DNA of 64,000 nucleotides from an uncultured Dehalococcoidaceae bacterium. Its GTDB lineage: Bacteria > Chloroflexota > Dehalococcoidia > Dehalococcoidales > RBG-16-60-22. This document shows, one piece after another, positions 43,736 through 52,542 of the stretch; positions within the stretch are counted from its first letter, which is position 1; the number at the start of each line of letters is the position of its first letter. The notes under the pieces were generated by a model. The model saw nothing but the letters and a program-made list of their open reading frames with translations. It ran no database searches and had not been told where the DNA came from. The stretch spans positions 15,148 through 79,147 of the forward strand of contig CAYXWH010000001.1 of assembly GCA_964468755.1 (NCBI GenBank), read 5' to 3'. The position numbers and the translations under genes were made by a program.

Positions 43736-44388
43736 AAGCGAGTACTGGCCGTCTAGTTGACTTTCAGACTGGAGGAAGCCAATATGATAGAGGGATACTA
43801 TCCAGCATAACCCGTGTAATTTTAATCATATCCGGCGGTTATTCATTCCCCGGATGTCGCTGGCTGGCGTCTGCCTGACGGAACGCTCAACTCACCGTCA
43901 CTATCAGTGTAGTGCAGGTCAAACCACCACTTCTCTTCCTCATTGGACCTGCCATAGCCAAGCAGCCAGCTTGACTTTGTAGCGAGCCTCATGGTTAACG
44001 CCGAGCGTTCCACGAAACTCCTCGAGTAATCCAGACTGCGATTGCAATTCAGTGAGGTCAATGCTCGTTCTCAGCCAGTTTCGGTAGCGATAGCCAGCAG
44101 GAATGATGCGAATAATCCCTCTAACATTACCAGCATTACTTGATAAATGTCAATGTTTCAAAAATGTAAAATCGTCAGATTGCCTATTATTATAATGTAA
44201 ATTGCCATTATGACTATGGACACAGCCTGCATGCCGGTCAATTCTATCAGTAGCCAGTGGCTTGCCGGCGCAGTTTACCGGTCAGAAGCCAAAGATAAGT
44301 TTGAAAAATTTACCTAAAGGTGCAATACTGAAATTAGTACAGAAAAACCAGATTTGCCAGCATATTTCCACCAAGTGAATGGTGCACC

Positions 44389-46488
44389 ATGCATGATTTC
44401 TTCTTTAACCCGGAAAGCATAGCGGTTATCGGGGCATCTCGCCAGCCGGGCAAGGTTGGCTATGACGCCCTGAAAAATTTAATAGACGCCAACTACGGGG
44501 GTAAAATATACCCGGTAAACCCGAGCGTTGATAACATCCTCGGACTGAAAACGTACCATAACGTACTGGATATCGAGGATGAGGTTGACCTGGCACTGGT
44601 AATCGTTCCGGCCCCTCTGGTCATCAATACCTTTAAGGCTTTGATAGACAAAGGGGTGAAGGGAGCGGTAGTCATTACGGCCGGTTTCAAGGAGATAGGC
44701 GGCAAAGGGGCGGAAATGGAGCGGGAACTGGTCGAGCTTTGCCGGGGTAAAATCCGGGTTATTGGCCCCAACTGCCTGGGTATCATTGATACCTATGCCA
44801 ACCTTAACGCCTCATTCGCTCCGACCATGCCACGCCAGGGCAAGATAGGGTTCATTTCCCAGTCGGGCGCCATGGTTAGCTCTATCCTTGATTTTGCCGC
44901 CGGTAGAGACATGGGGTTCTCCAAGTTTATCAGCATGGGCAATAAAATGGACCTTGACGAGACACACTTCCTGGAGATTCTCGGCGAGGATAAAAACACC
45001 AGGGTCATCATCGGCTATATTGAGAGTGTCACCGACGGCAAAAAATTCATCGATGTGGCCGAGAAGATATCCAGGAAAAAACCGGTTATTCTCTTTAAAT
45101 CAGGCGTATCCGCGGAAGGAACCAGAGCCGCCTCTTCCCATACCGGGGCGTTGTCCGGTCTCGACAGGGCTTACGAATGTGCCTTCAATAAGTCGGGCGT
45201 AATCAGAGCCAGGTCAATAGAGGACCTGTTTGACTGGGCTGAGGTATTCGCTTCGCAGCCACTCCCAACCGGGAAACGAATCGCCATTGTCACCAATGCC
45301 GGTGGTCCGGGGATAATCGCCACTGACAAAGCCTCCGAGGAACAGCTACTGCTGGCCTCGCTCAGTACCACCACGGTGAAAAGTCTGCAGGAGTTACTGC
45401 CGCCAGCGGCATCTGCCTATAACCCCATTGATGTCCTCGGCGATGCTGACAGTACCCGCTACGAGGGCGTTATCGAGGCAGTGGTTCAGGCTAATGAAGT
45501 GGACGGACTCGTCGTTATCCTGTCACCGCAGGCAAATACTCAAATTGAAGAGACAGCAAAAATCGTATCCAATTTCGCATACACTTCCCCCAAGCCGATA
45601 ATCACCTCCTTCATGGGGCAAGACCGGGTGGCTACCGCGTCCAGTATCTTCAAGAAGGGCAGAGTCGCCAACATCGCCTTCCCTGACCGCGCCGTGCGGG
45701 CTATGTCAGTCATGGCTAGCTACAGCCAGTGGAAGCGGCAGGAAAAGAGTGAAGCCCTTATCAAGAATATCAATAGCAGAAAAGTTGAAGAGTTTCTGAG
45801 AGCGAAGCTGAGCCAGGACAAGATAAAACTGGCCGACTTCGAGGCAAGGGAACTGCTCGAGCTTTGTGATATCCCGACATTACCCACCGCCCTGGCCAAT
45901 ACCGCCGATGAGGCGGTGAGCCATGCCCGTGAAATGGGGTTCCCGGTGGTTATGAAGGTCTATTCCCCCGAGATTTTACACAAGACAGACGTCGGTGGGG
46001 TTAAAGTGGGACTGAGAACCCCGGAGGAAGTGGTCGGAGCCTTTGAAGAAATCATGGTGAACGTCAACAGATATCTCCCCCAGGCGCCGGTAGTGGGCAT
46101 TACCGTGCAGAAGATGGTAGATGGAGGCAAGGAGGTTATTGCCGGCTTCTCCCGCGATCCACAGTTTGGCCCGCTCATGATGTTCGGACTGGGTGGTGTC
46201 TACGTTGAAGTCCTGAAAGATGTCAACTTTGCCCTCACCCCGCTTAGTAAGAGGGAGATAGTAGAGCTGGTATCCGGGATAAAATCCTTCCCGCTGCTGA
46301 GCGGGATAAGGGGCGAAAAAGAAAAAGACCTCGACGCGCTCTACGAAGTTATCGCCACTCTGTCCACTTTGGGAGAGCAGTATCCGGAAATTGTAGAGAT
46401 GGAAATAAATCCGCTGGTGATAAAAGATAAGGGCGAAGGACTGTGTGCAATTGACGGCAGACTAATCTTAAAGGGGGCACCACAATGA
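44389..46488 (+). CDS. ADP-forming acetyl-CoA synthetase (acetate--CoA ligase, fused alpha/beta; NDP-forming acyl-CoA synthetase family)
   Basis: 699 aa. It has a CoA-binding N-terminus PESIAVIGASRQPGKVG, succinyl-CoA-synthetase-like ligase domains and a C-terminal ATP-grasp. Confidence 0.85.
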   Translation: MHDFFFNPESIAVIGASRQPGKVGYDALKNLIDANYGGKIYPVNPSVDNILGLKTYHNVLDIEDEVDLALVIVPAPLVINTFKALIDKGVKGAVVITAGFKEIGGKGAEMERELVELCRGKIRVIGPNCLGIIDTYANLNASFAPTMPRQGKIGFISQSGAMVSSILDFAAGRDMGFSKFISMGNKMDLDETHFLEILGEDKNTRVIIGYIESVTDGKKFIDVAEKISRKKPVILFKSGVSAEGTRAASSHTGALSGLDRAYECAFNKSGVIRARSIEDLFDWAEVFASQPLPTGKRIAIVTNAGGPGIIATDKASEEQLLLASLSTTTVKSLQELLPPAASAYNPIDVLGDADSTRYEGVIEAVVQANEVDGLVVILSPQANTQIEETAKIVSNFAYTSPKPIITSFMGQDRVATASSIFKKGRVANIAFPDRAVRAMSVMASYSQWKRQEKSEALIKNINSRKVEEFLRAKLSQDKIKLADFEARELLELCDIPTLPTALANTADEAVSHAREMGFPVVMKVYSPEILHKTDVGGVKVGLRTPEEVVGAFEEIMVNVNRYLPQAPVVGITVQKMVDGGKEVIAGFSRDPQFGPLMMFGLGGVYVEVLKDVNFALTPLSKREIVELVSGIKSFPLLSGIRGEKEKDLDALYEVIATLSTLGEQYPEIVEMEINPLVIKDKGEGLCAIDGRLILKGAPQ

Positions 46489-47543
46489 TTGAGCTACTCA
46501 TCGGTTCGACAACCAAGTATGCCGGAAAAACGATGGCAGCACTGGCGATTCTCGATTTCTTGAAAAGCAAAGGCCTCAAAATAGGCTATTTTAAACCCAT
46601 CGGCAAGAACTTTGTCCTCAAGGAAAAGGAAAAGGTCGAAGAGGATGTGCTGCTGATCAAAGAGTACTTTGCCCTGGAGGATGACCTGTCCCTCATGTGT
46701 CCCTTTTACCTTGACCGGGCTGACTATATTAACCTCGCTTTGGGCAAGCTGGATAATGCCGGCAGCCGGATATACCAGGCATACCAGGAGCTTAAAAAAG
46801 GGAAGGATGCGGTACTGGTTGGCGGCGGTCAGGACCTGTATGAAGGGTATTCTATCGGTGTTTCCAACACACACTTTTTGGAACGACTTAATATGCCGGT
46901 TGTCATGCTTGATTTACCTGTTTTCGGAGAGGTGAACCTGGATAGAATAGTGGCAGCGCAGGAAAGGGTCGGGGATAAGCTCCGCGGCGTTATTCTCAAT
47001 CACCTGCCGCCCTCGATGGTTGACTTCGTTAACAAGTACTTTGTTCCCTTCCTGGAAGGGAAAGGCATAAAGGTCTGGGGACTGATACCAAGCAATCCGA
47101 AATTAAGTTCACTCACCATTGAAGAAATTAGGGGTGTGCTTGGCGGTGAGGTTATATGCTGTGAAGATAAAAAGGAAGAAAGCGTGGAGACTTTTATGCT
47201 TGGTGCCATGAGTGTTGAGAGTGCCCTTAAATACTTTCGCTCCCAGGCAAACAAAGCAGTCATTACCGGCGGTGACCGGACGGATATCCAGCTCGCCGCC
47301 CTGGAAACACCAACCAAAGTACTGATACTCACCGGTGGGATGTACCCGAACAGCTCCATCATCACCGCCGCCCAGGAAAAGAACGTCCCGATAATGGTGG
47401 CCGGAAATGATACCATGACCACCGTCGAGAAACTGGAGTCGGTAATCCGCAAGGTTAGCATCAGCGGTAAAAGAATCAAGGAAAGTATCGATACTTTTTA
47501 CCAATATGTTGATACCAGCTACCTTGAAGGACTCTTGGAGTAA
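46485..47543 (+). CDS. phosphotransacetylase N-terminal-domain-like protein (BioD/CobQ-like + DRTGG domains, no PTA catalytic domain)
   Basis: 352 aa. It has a GGDRTDIQLAALE (DRTGG-type) block, and its ATG overlaps the ACD stop codon (ATGA at 46485-46488). Confidence 0.6.
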   Translation: MIELLIGSTTKYAGKTMAALAILDFLKSKGLKIGYFKPIGKNFVLKEKEKVEEDVLLIKEYFALEDDLSLMCPFYLDRADYINLALGKLDNAGSRIYQAYQELKKGKDAVLVGGGQDLYEGYSIGVSNTHFLERLNMPVVMLDLPVFGEVNLDRIVAAQERVGDKLRGVILNHLPPSMVDFVNKYFVPFLEGKGIKVWGLIPSNPKLSSLTIEEIRGVLGGEVICCEDKKEESVETFMLGAMSVESALKYFRSQANKAVITGGDRTDIQLAALETPTKVLILTGGMYPNSSIITAAQEKNVPIMVAGNDTMTTVEKLESVIRKVSISGKRIKESIDTFYQYVDTSYLEGLLE

Positions 47544-47691
47544 CCAGCAGCAAGTCAATAGTCTTTATCTGTCCAGAGTAGGGTCTTGTGTCCCCTGCAC
47601 CGATTCAAGGAATAGTGAGTCATGACCATTCGGAAGCGTTTTTTAGCTTTATTTTTACCATTTGTACCCCTTACGCCATTACCAAAGGGGC

Positions 47692-47720
47692 TTGACATTT
47701 GGTAATGATTGTGTTAAAGT
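47692..47720 (+). promoter_or_regulatory. sigma70-type promoter TTGACA-17-TAAAGT of an orphan transcription unit
   Basis: The -35 is at 47692-47697 and the -10 at 47715-47720. Confidence 0.5.
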
Positions 47721-47771
47721 AAATTAAGAAGCTAGGTGGTACACCCTGAATACTGCTTCTGGAGGTGGACT

Positions 47772-47873
47772 ATGAGGCTTCACGGATTATTGGGAGTCTG
47801 GCAAGTAGACAGTGAGGGCCCTGTCGAAAGGCAGGGCGGGCAGAACTCAAGCCCAGCTCAACGAGATAGTTGA
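47772..47873 (+). CDS. hypothetical 33-aa small ORF inside the candidate RNA
   Basis: The ATG lies 5 nt after GGAGGTGG. The peptide is MRLHGLLGVWQVDSEGPVERQGGQNSSPAQRDS. There is no homology evidence. Confidence 0.2.
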   Translation: MRLHGLLGVWQVDSEGPVERQGGQNSSPAQRDS

Positions 47874-47952
47874 GTGGTCAGTCTCGAAAGAGAGATCATC
47901 TTTGGTGGTAATCACCAGAAGTGAGTTGGGTGAGAGCAAAAGGGTGAAATGA

Positions 47953-47992
47953 GTGGAGGTTGCTATAAACAAGCAGCCTCCACTTTTTATTT
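47953..47992 (+). terminator. rho-independent terminator
   Basis: The 11-bp stem GTGGAGGTTGC / GCAGCCTCCAC is followed by TTTTTATTT. Confidence 0.75.
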
Positions 47993-48065
47993 GGGGAATC
48001 CCCCACCATCGCAACGGATTGGGGAAATGAAACGGTTGTTTTACCCGTAGTGCCGGTTACTCAGT

Positions 48066-48344
48066 TTATGGCTCAACCCTGTCCAGCTCGGCGCGTTCCA
48101 GTAACCGGTCATAGTACCGGGCTATGTCATCGTCATATATCTTATCCTTGGCGTCATTCAAAGGTGAGAGGAGCGCCTCACTATATATCTTTTCAATATC
48201 AGGCAGTAACTCCATCAGGCTGAAATTGTCCGACGTATTATCCGAACCATCAGTCTGCGCACGTATCGGTAATGCCGATATCAATATCAGCAAGATTATT
48301 CCACAGACAATTACACCAGAGACGAAGCCGATTATCGTTTTCAC
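48066..48344 (-). CDS. hypothetical membrane-anchored protein
   Basis: 92 aa with an N-terminal TM (IIGFVSGVIVCGIILLILISALPI). No motif is recognisable. Confidence 0.4.
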   Translation of the reverse strand: MKTIIGFVSGVIVCGIILLILISALPIRAQTDGSDNTSDNFSLMELLPDIEKIYSEALLSPLNDAKDKIYDDDIARYYDRLLERAELDRVEP

Positions 48345-48635
48345 ACAGCGCCCCCACCCTATGTATCTAGCTACAGTTTCATTGTGCCACGCAAGTATAA
48401 AGGAACAGATAAAGACTATAAATATCCCATAAAGGTATGATTAATTTTCTATAAAGAAGCCTATACTTACCGGAAATATGGCTGTCCTTGACATTACCGG
48501 CAACCCACGCTTAAAATCTAGAATAGCCGGGTCGTGGTAACTGTTCAGCCCAGACATAATGTGTCAGCCGCGAACCGCCCTACCGTACCGGCAGGACCAG
48601 GTTGTCCCGGTGCCAAAATTCCTCCAGGAGGTAGT

Positions 48636-49328
48636 ATGAGTAAAGTCCGTCTGGTACCAGCTATCCTCACCAATGAACCGGAAGCACTGGAACGGATGGT
48701 GCGCCAGGTAGAAACGTTCACCACTCATGTCCAGTTTGATATCATGGACGGTGAGTTCGTTCCTTCCCGCAGCGTAACCTGGGAACATCTGGCGGCGCTA
48801 TCGACCGCACTAACCTGGGAAGCCCATCTCATGGTACGGGAACCGCAGCGTTATCTTGAAGATTTCGTTCGTTTGGGAGCCAAAAAGATTGTCTTTCACT
48901 ATGAAGCTACCGGCGCGCCAGGGGAGGTCATCTCGCTCGTCAGAAAGCTCGGCCGGCAAACCGGGCTTGCCGTCAACCCCGACACCCCGATATCGACCAT
49001 TGCCCCCCTGGTCGGCGAGGTGGACAGCATTCTATTCATGTCGGTCCAGCCGGGCTACTACGGCAGCCCGTTCATTCCCGAAGTGCTGGATAAAATAAAG
49101 AAATTTCGCAGCAGCTACCCTGATATGGAGATTGGTATTGACGGCGGCGCCAAAGAGAGCAATATCACCCAGATTGCCCGCAGCGGGGTTGATGTTATCT
49201 ACGTGGGCAGCGCCATACTACTCCAACCAAATCCTGGTAAAAGCTACCAACACCTGCTGTCACTTATTAATGATGACATCACTCATACACATCGCCAGGG
49301 GAAAAATAAACCGCCCGGTGGCTGGTAA
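48636..49328 (+). CDS. rpe: ribulose-phosphate 3-epimerase family protein
   Basis: The start is set at ATG 48636, after GGAGG. Family blocks include LVPAILT...FDIMDGEFVP...HLMV...FHYEA...MSVQPGYYGSPF...GIDGG. A TTGACA-18-TAAAAT promoter lies at 48488-48517. Confidence 0.7.
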   Translation: MSKVRLVPAILTNEPEALERMVRQVETFTTHVQFDIMDGEFVPSRSVTWEHLAALSTALTWEAHLMVREPQRYLEDFVRLGAKKIVFHYEATGAPGEVISLVRKLGRQTGLAVNPDTPISTIAPLVGEVDSILFMSVQPGYYGSPFIPEVLDKIKKFRSSYPDMEIGIDGGAKESNITQIARSGVDVIYVGSAILLQPNPGKSYQHLLSLINDDITHTHRQGKNKPPGGW

Positions 49329-49596
49329 TTAACCTTCCCTAAGCCTTAACTTAGCCAGGCGGACTACGCTGAACACAAAGACACCATCCATGGCGATGCC
49401 CCCACTTTATCCCCTTCTTCTTGTATTGAACCTGAGAAAATTCGCCATCCTGGCCCTGATTGCTGCCTTCACCAACAAAGAATAGTTCAGCCAATAAACG
49501 CTCAATTTTAATAAATTATCTATTACCAGCTTAATAAAACCGGGGACAAAACCGCTGCCTTGGCTCAATTTAATCAACAAATTGCTTGAAAAACGG

Positions 49597-49643
49597 TTGC
49601 AATTCACATTAATGTTTGCTACTATCTTGATACATAGAGTATC
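49597..49643 (+). promoter_or_regulatory. promoter TTGCAA-17-TACTAT with an adjacent inverted repeat GATAC-N5-GTATC (candidate PadR operator)
   Basis: The -35 is at 49597-49602 and the -10 at 49620-49625. The inverted repeat at 49629-49643 lies directly downstream of the -10. Confidence 0.4.
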
Positions 49644-49672
49644 TAAGTAAATTGACCGCAGAGGTGACTCCG

Positions 49673-50017
49673 ATGGAAGCAAAAGAAACGAGGCGCGACT
49701 TAATAAAAGGTGGCTCTGATTCTTTGCTTCTTTGCTTGTTAGAGCAACAGCCTATGTACGGTTATCAGATTATCAAGGAACTGGAAGCTAGAAGCCAGGG
49801 CTATTTCAAGCTCAAGGAAGGAACTCTCTACCCGGCCCTTCACCGCCTGGAAAGGTCCGGATTAATCATTAGCAAGTGGCAGTTGCTGCCCAACGGGCGG
49901 CAACGGCGGTATTACTATATCACTGCCAAAGGTCTCTCTAATCTGGTGGTGGAAAGGTCCCAGTGGCAGGAATTCTTAGCCGCTATGAACCTGATTATAC
50001 AACCCGGGCGTGCCTAG
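49673..50017 (+). CDS. PadR family transcriptional regulator
   Basis: The winged-helix block is MYGYQIIKELEARSQGYFKLKEGTLYPALHRLERSGLI. The ATG at 49673 lies 6 nt after GAGGTG. Confidence 0.85.
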   Translation: MEAKETRRDLIKGGSDSLLLCLLEQQPMYGYQIIKELEARSQGYFKLKEGTLYPALHRLERSGLIISKWQLLPNGRQRRYYYITAKGLSNLVVERSQWQEFLAAMNLIIQPGRA

Positions 50018-51008
50018 ACGAGGGTTAGGAACAATGACCACATCGCTGAGTCATTACCTTGACACTATCAGAGCCAGAATTAAGCTGGACTCCACCGAAG
50101 AGACAGAAGTTATCCACGAGCTGGAAACCCATATTGAGGACCGTCTTCAGGAACTTACCGAGTCTGGCCTTTCCGAAGAAGAAGCCGCAGAGAAGTGCGC
50201 GGGGTTGCTCGGCTCCGCCAAGCTGGTAGCCCGCCAGATATACGAAGCCCACAGCCAAGGTACCTGGAAACAATCTCTATTAGCGGCAATGCCCCACCTG
50301 CTTTTCGGTCTTATGTTTGCCCTTAACTGGTGGCAGCACCTCAGCGGGTTGTTAATCATGCTGGCAGTGGTTATTCTGGCTACAATATACGGGTGCTGGC
50401 GCGGCAAACCAACCTGGGTCTTTCCCTGGCTTGGGTATTCCCTGCTGCCGGTAATGGTGATTGGCGTTCTCTTCCTCTATCTACCCAAGGAGTGGTCATT
50501 TATTTTACTACCCCTCTACTTCCCGCTGGCATTATGGTGGCTGTACTACATTATCGTCCAGAGCACCAGACGAGACTGGTTGTGCAGCTCGTTGGCACTG
50601 CTACCCATACCAATCGTCATTGGCTGGTTTTTAACGATAGCTCCTGAGGGCAGGTTCACCGGTTATGCTATCCAGCGCCTGTATTACTTTGCCCCCTGGA
50701 TCGGGCTCAGTTTTATGGCGCTGGCGCTTACCATCGCGGTGTTCATCCGGGTCAGGCAGCGCTGGTTAAGGATAGGCCTGCTTATTTTTTCGGGCTTATC
50801 CACGTTTGCCTTGCTGGCTTACTACGCCAAGGAGCGGCTCAGTATTTCAACATTACTGGGCCTTATTCTGGTACTGTGGGGCGTTTTCTTAATCCCGCCC
50901 CTGCTGGAACGATGGGTTAAAAGCAAGAAAATACCCGGGAGTCACCTGAGGACTATCAATCACCATGCCGAAGAGGTATCGGACGCAACAGGTAGCCATA
51001 GTCACTGA
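50010..51008 (+). CDS. PadR-associated polytopic membrane protein
   Basis: 332 aa. An N-terminal soluble helical segment (HELETHIEDRLQELTESGLSEEEAAEK) is followed by about 7 TM. The gene overlaps the PadR stop. Confidence 0.55.
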   Translation: MPRRGLGTMTTSLSHYLDTIRARIKLDSTEETEVIHELETHIEDRLQELTESGLSEEEAAEKCAGLLGSAKLVARQIYEAHSQGTWKQSLLAAMPHLLFGLMFALNWWQHLSGLLIMLAVVILATIYGCWRGKPTWVFPWLGYSLLPVMVIGVLFLYLPKEWSFILLPLYFPLALWWLYYIIVQSTRRDWLCSSLALLPIPIVIGWFLTIAPEGRFTGYAIQRLYYFAPWIGLSFMALALTIAVFIRVRQRWLRIGLLIFSGLSTFALLAYYAKERLSISTLLGLILVLWGVFLIPPLLERWVKSKKIPGSHLRTINHHAEEVSDATGSHSH

Positions 51009-51840
51009 CAGTTTAGCCTGTCTGACCAGGGAACTCGCCGAACAGTACGGAATTGAGATTATTCCTATCTACTTTCACGTCGGCGACAACGTATATAAGG
51101 ACTGGGTAAATATAACGCCGTCTGAGGCATATGAGTTGTTTTTACAGGACCCCGAGTCATTTAAGACATCGGCGGCTCCTCCCGAAGAATGTCTTCAGGC
51201 CTACCGCAAGGCTATGCAACGAGCCAGTAATATCCTCTGTATCACCGTCTCAGCCAAGCTCAGTACCGTATTTAATATGGCCCAAATAGCCAAAGAGCAG
51301 GCTTACCGGGAACACCCCGAGGTGACTATAGAAGTGCTTGACTCGCGAACCGCCACGGCGTGTGAAGGGTTAATAGCGCTGGCCGCCGCCCGGTCAGCCG
51401 CCCTGGGCAAAGACCTTACCGAAGTGATGAGGGCGGCCCATGACATGATGGAGAAGGCGAATTGTGTTATCCTGCTGGACACCATCCGCCATGTCTACCG
51501 CTCCGGGCGCATTCCCAAGGTAGCATCCAGGATTGGCTCGGCTCTGAATATCAAGCCCATCTTTACCATTTCCGCCGGAGCGGTGCGCTTTGTTAGCGCC
51601 GTGAGAAACCGCCAACAGGGAATCAACCGTATCATCCAGAAGATGAGAAACAAAGTGGGACAAAGACCCGTGCATGTTGCCGTGATGCATGCCTATGCTC
51701 GCGACGAAGCGGAACAGCTGAAGCAACGGATAGCCACCGAGTTTAACTGTACCGAGTTGTGGCTGACCGAATTCAGCCCCCTTATGGGCTATGCCTGCGG
51801 CACCGGGACCCTGGGTCTTGCCTTCTACCGCGAAGATTAA
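50965..51840 (+). CDS. DegV family (fatty-acid-binding, FakB-like) protein
   Basis: 291 aa with VAIVTDSLACL, a DegV-type start, and the family length. Confidence 0.8.
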   Translation: MPKRYRTQQVAIVTDSLACLTRELAEQYGIEIIPIYFHVGDNVYKDWVNITPSEAYELFLQDPESFKTSAAPPEECLQAYRKAMQRASNILCITVSAKLSTVFNMAQIAKEQAYREHPEVTIEVLDSRTATACEGLIALAAARSAALGKDLTEVMRAAHDMMEKANCVILLDTIRHVYRSGRIPKVASRIGSALNIKPIFTISAGAVRFVSAVRNRQQGINRIIQKMRNKVGQRPVHVAVMHAYARDEAEQLKQRIATEFNCTELWLTEFSPLMGYACGTGTLGLAFYRED

Positions 51841-51865
51841 AACCGGTTAACCGGGGCAATTATCG

Positions 51866-52507
51866 ATGGCATTTTACATAGTTGCTGCAATCATTATCGG
51901 TTATTTGCTGGGAGCCATTCCTTTCGCTTACCTGGCCGGGCGTTTTATCAAAGGCATTGACATCCGTCAGGCAGGCGGCGGCAATGTGGGTACCCTTAAT
52001 ACCCTGCGTGAAATCGGACTGGTTCCCGGAATACTGGTCATGGTCGCTGACATTGCCAAGGGTACTCTCGCCGTCTTTTGCGCCCGGTGGCTGGATGTTG
52101 CCTTGCCCTGGGTACTGGTAACCGGCTTTGCCGCTATCGCCGGTCATATCTGGCCCGTTTTCCTGAGGTTCCGGGGCGGCAGAGGAGCGGCTACTACCCT
52201 TGGCGTCTTTTTCGCCGTCCTTCCCGCTGAAACGGGCATCAGCTTTGCTATTATCACCACAATTGCCATCGTGACCAGCAATATCCGACTGGCCATCACC
52301 ATCGGGTTGTTCCTGTTACCCATCATCGTCTGGCAACTCAATGGCTCGATTACATTCATCATTTACACGGTAGCGCTGGCCCTGTTTCTCCTCGCCATAT
52401 CATTTACCGGCATGAAGCAAGCTGTTACCGATAGCCGCCTGAAAAAGAATCTCATTATTGACCGGAACTATCATTTCTGGCAGGCACGTAAAAAGCCGAA
52501 AAGCTGA
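51866..52507 (+). CDS. plsY: glycerol-3-phosphate acyltransferase PlsY (acyl-phosphate dependent)
   Basis: 213 aa. The IGYLLGAIPFAYL and GGGNVGTLN motifs and 5-6 TM fit PlsY. Confidence 0.85.
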   Translation: MAFYIVAAIIIGYLLGAIPFAYLAGRFIKGIDIRQAGGGNVGTLNTLREIGLVPGILVMVADIAKGTLAVFCARWLDVALPWVLVTGFAAIAGHIWPVFLRFRGGRGAATTLGVFFAVLPAETGISFAIITTIAIVTSNIRLAITIGLFLLPIIVWQLNGSITFIIYTVALALFLLAISFTGMKQAVTDSRLKKNLIIDRNYHFWQARKKPKS

Positions 52508-52542
52508 ACCCGGCATCAAACCACTTTCAAAAAAGGAACCCA

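Larger units (their letters stand above)
47727..47992 (+). ncRNA. candidate structured small RNA (unclassified), alternatively mRNA of a 33-aa ORF
   Basis: It lies between a consensus-like promoter and a strong terminator. Consecutive hairpins include GCCCTGTC-GAAA-GGCAGGGC (47818-47837), CTCAAC/GTTGAG, TCTC-GAAA-GAGA and TGGTG/CACCA. No annotated ORF of 60 aa or more is present. Confidence 0.4.

Noticed and set aside
43843-44150. Possible decayed gene or mobile-element relic in the 650-nt gap between the MFS gene and ACD (72-aa TTG ORF plus an adjacent frame reading ...IIRIIPAGYRYRNWLRTSIDLTELQ...EARYKVKLAAWL)
   Set aside because: The open stretches are frame-shifted relative to each other, with no ATG or RBS and no motif I can assign to a family. 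A pseudogene remnant is possible but unsupported, so I do not report it as a feature.
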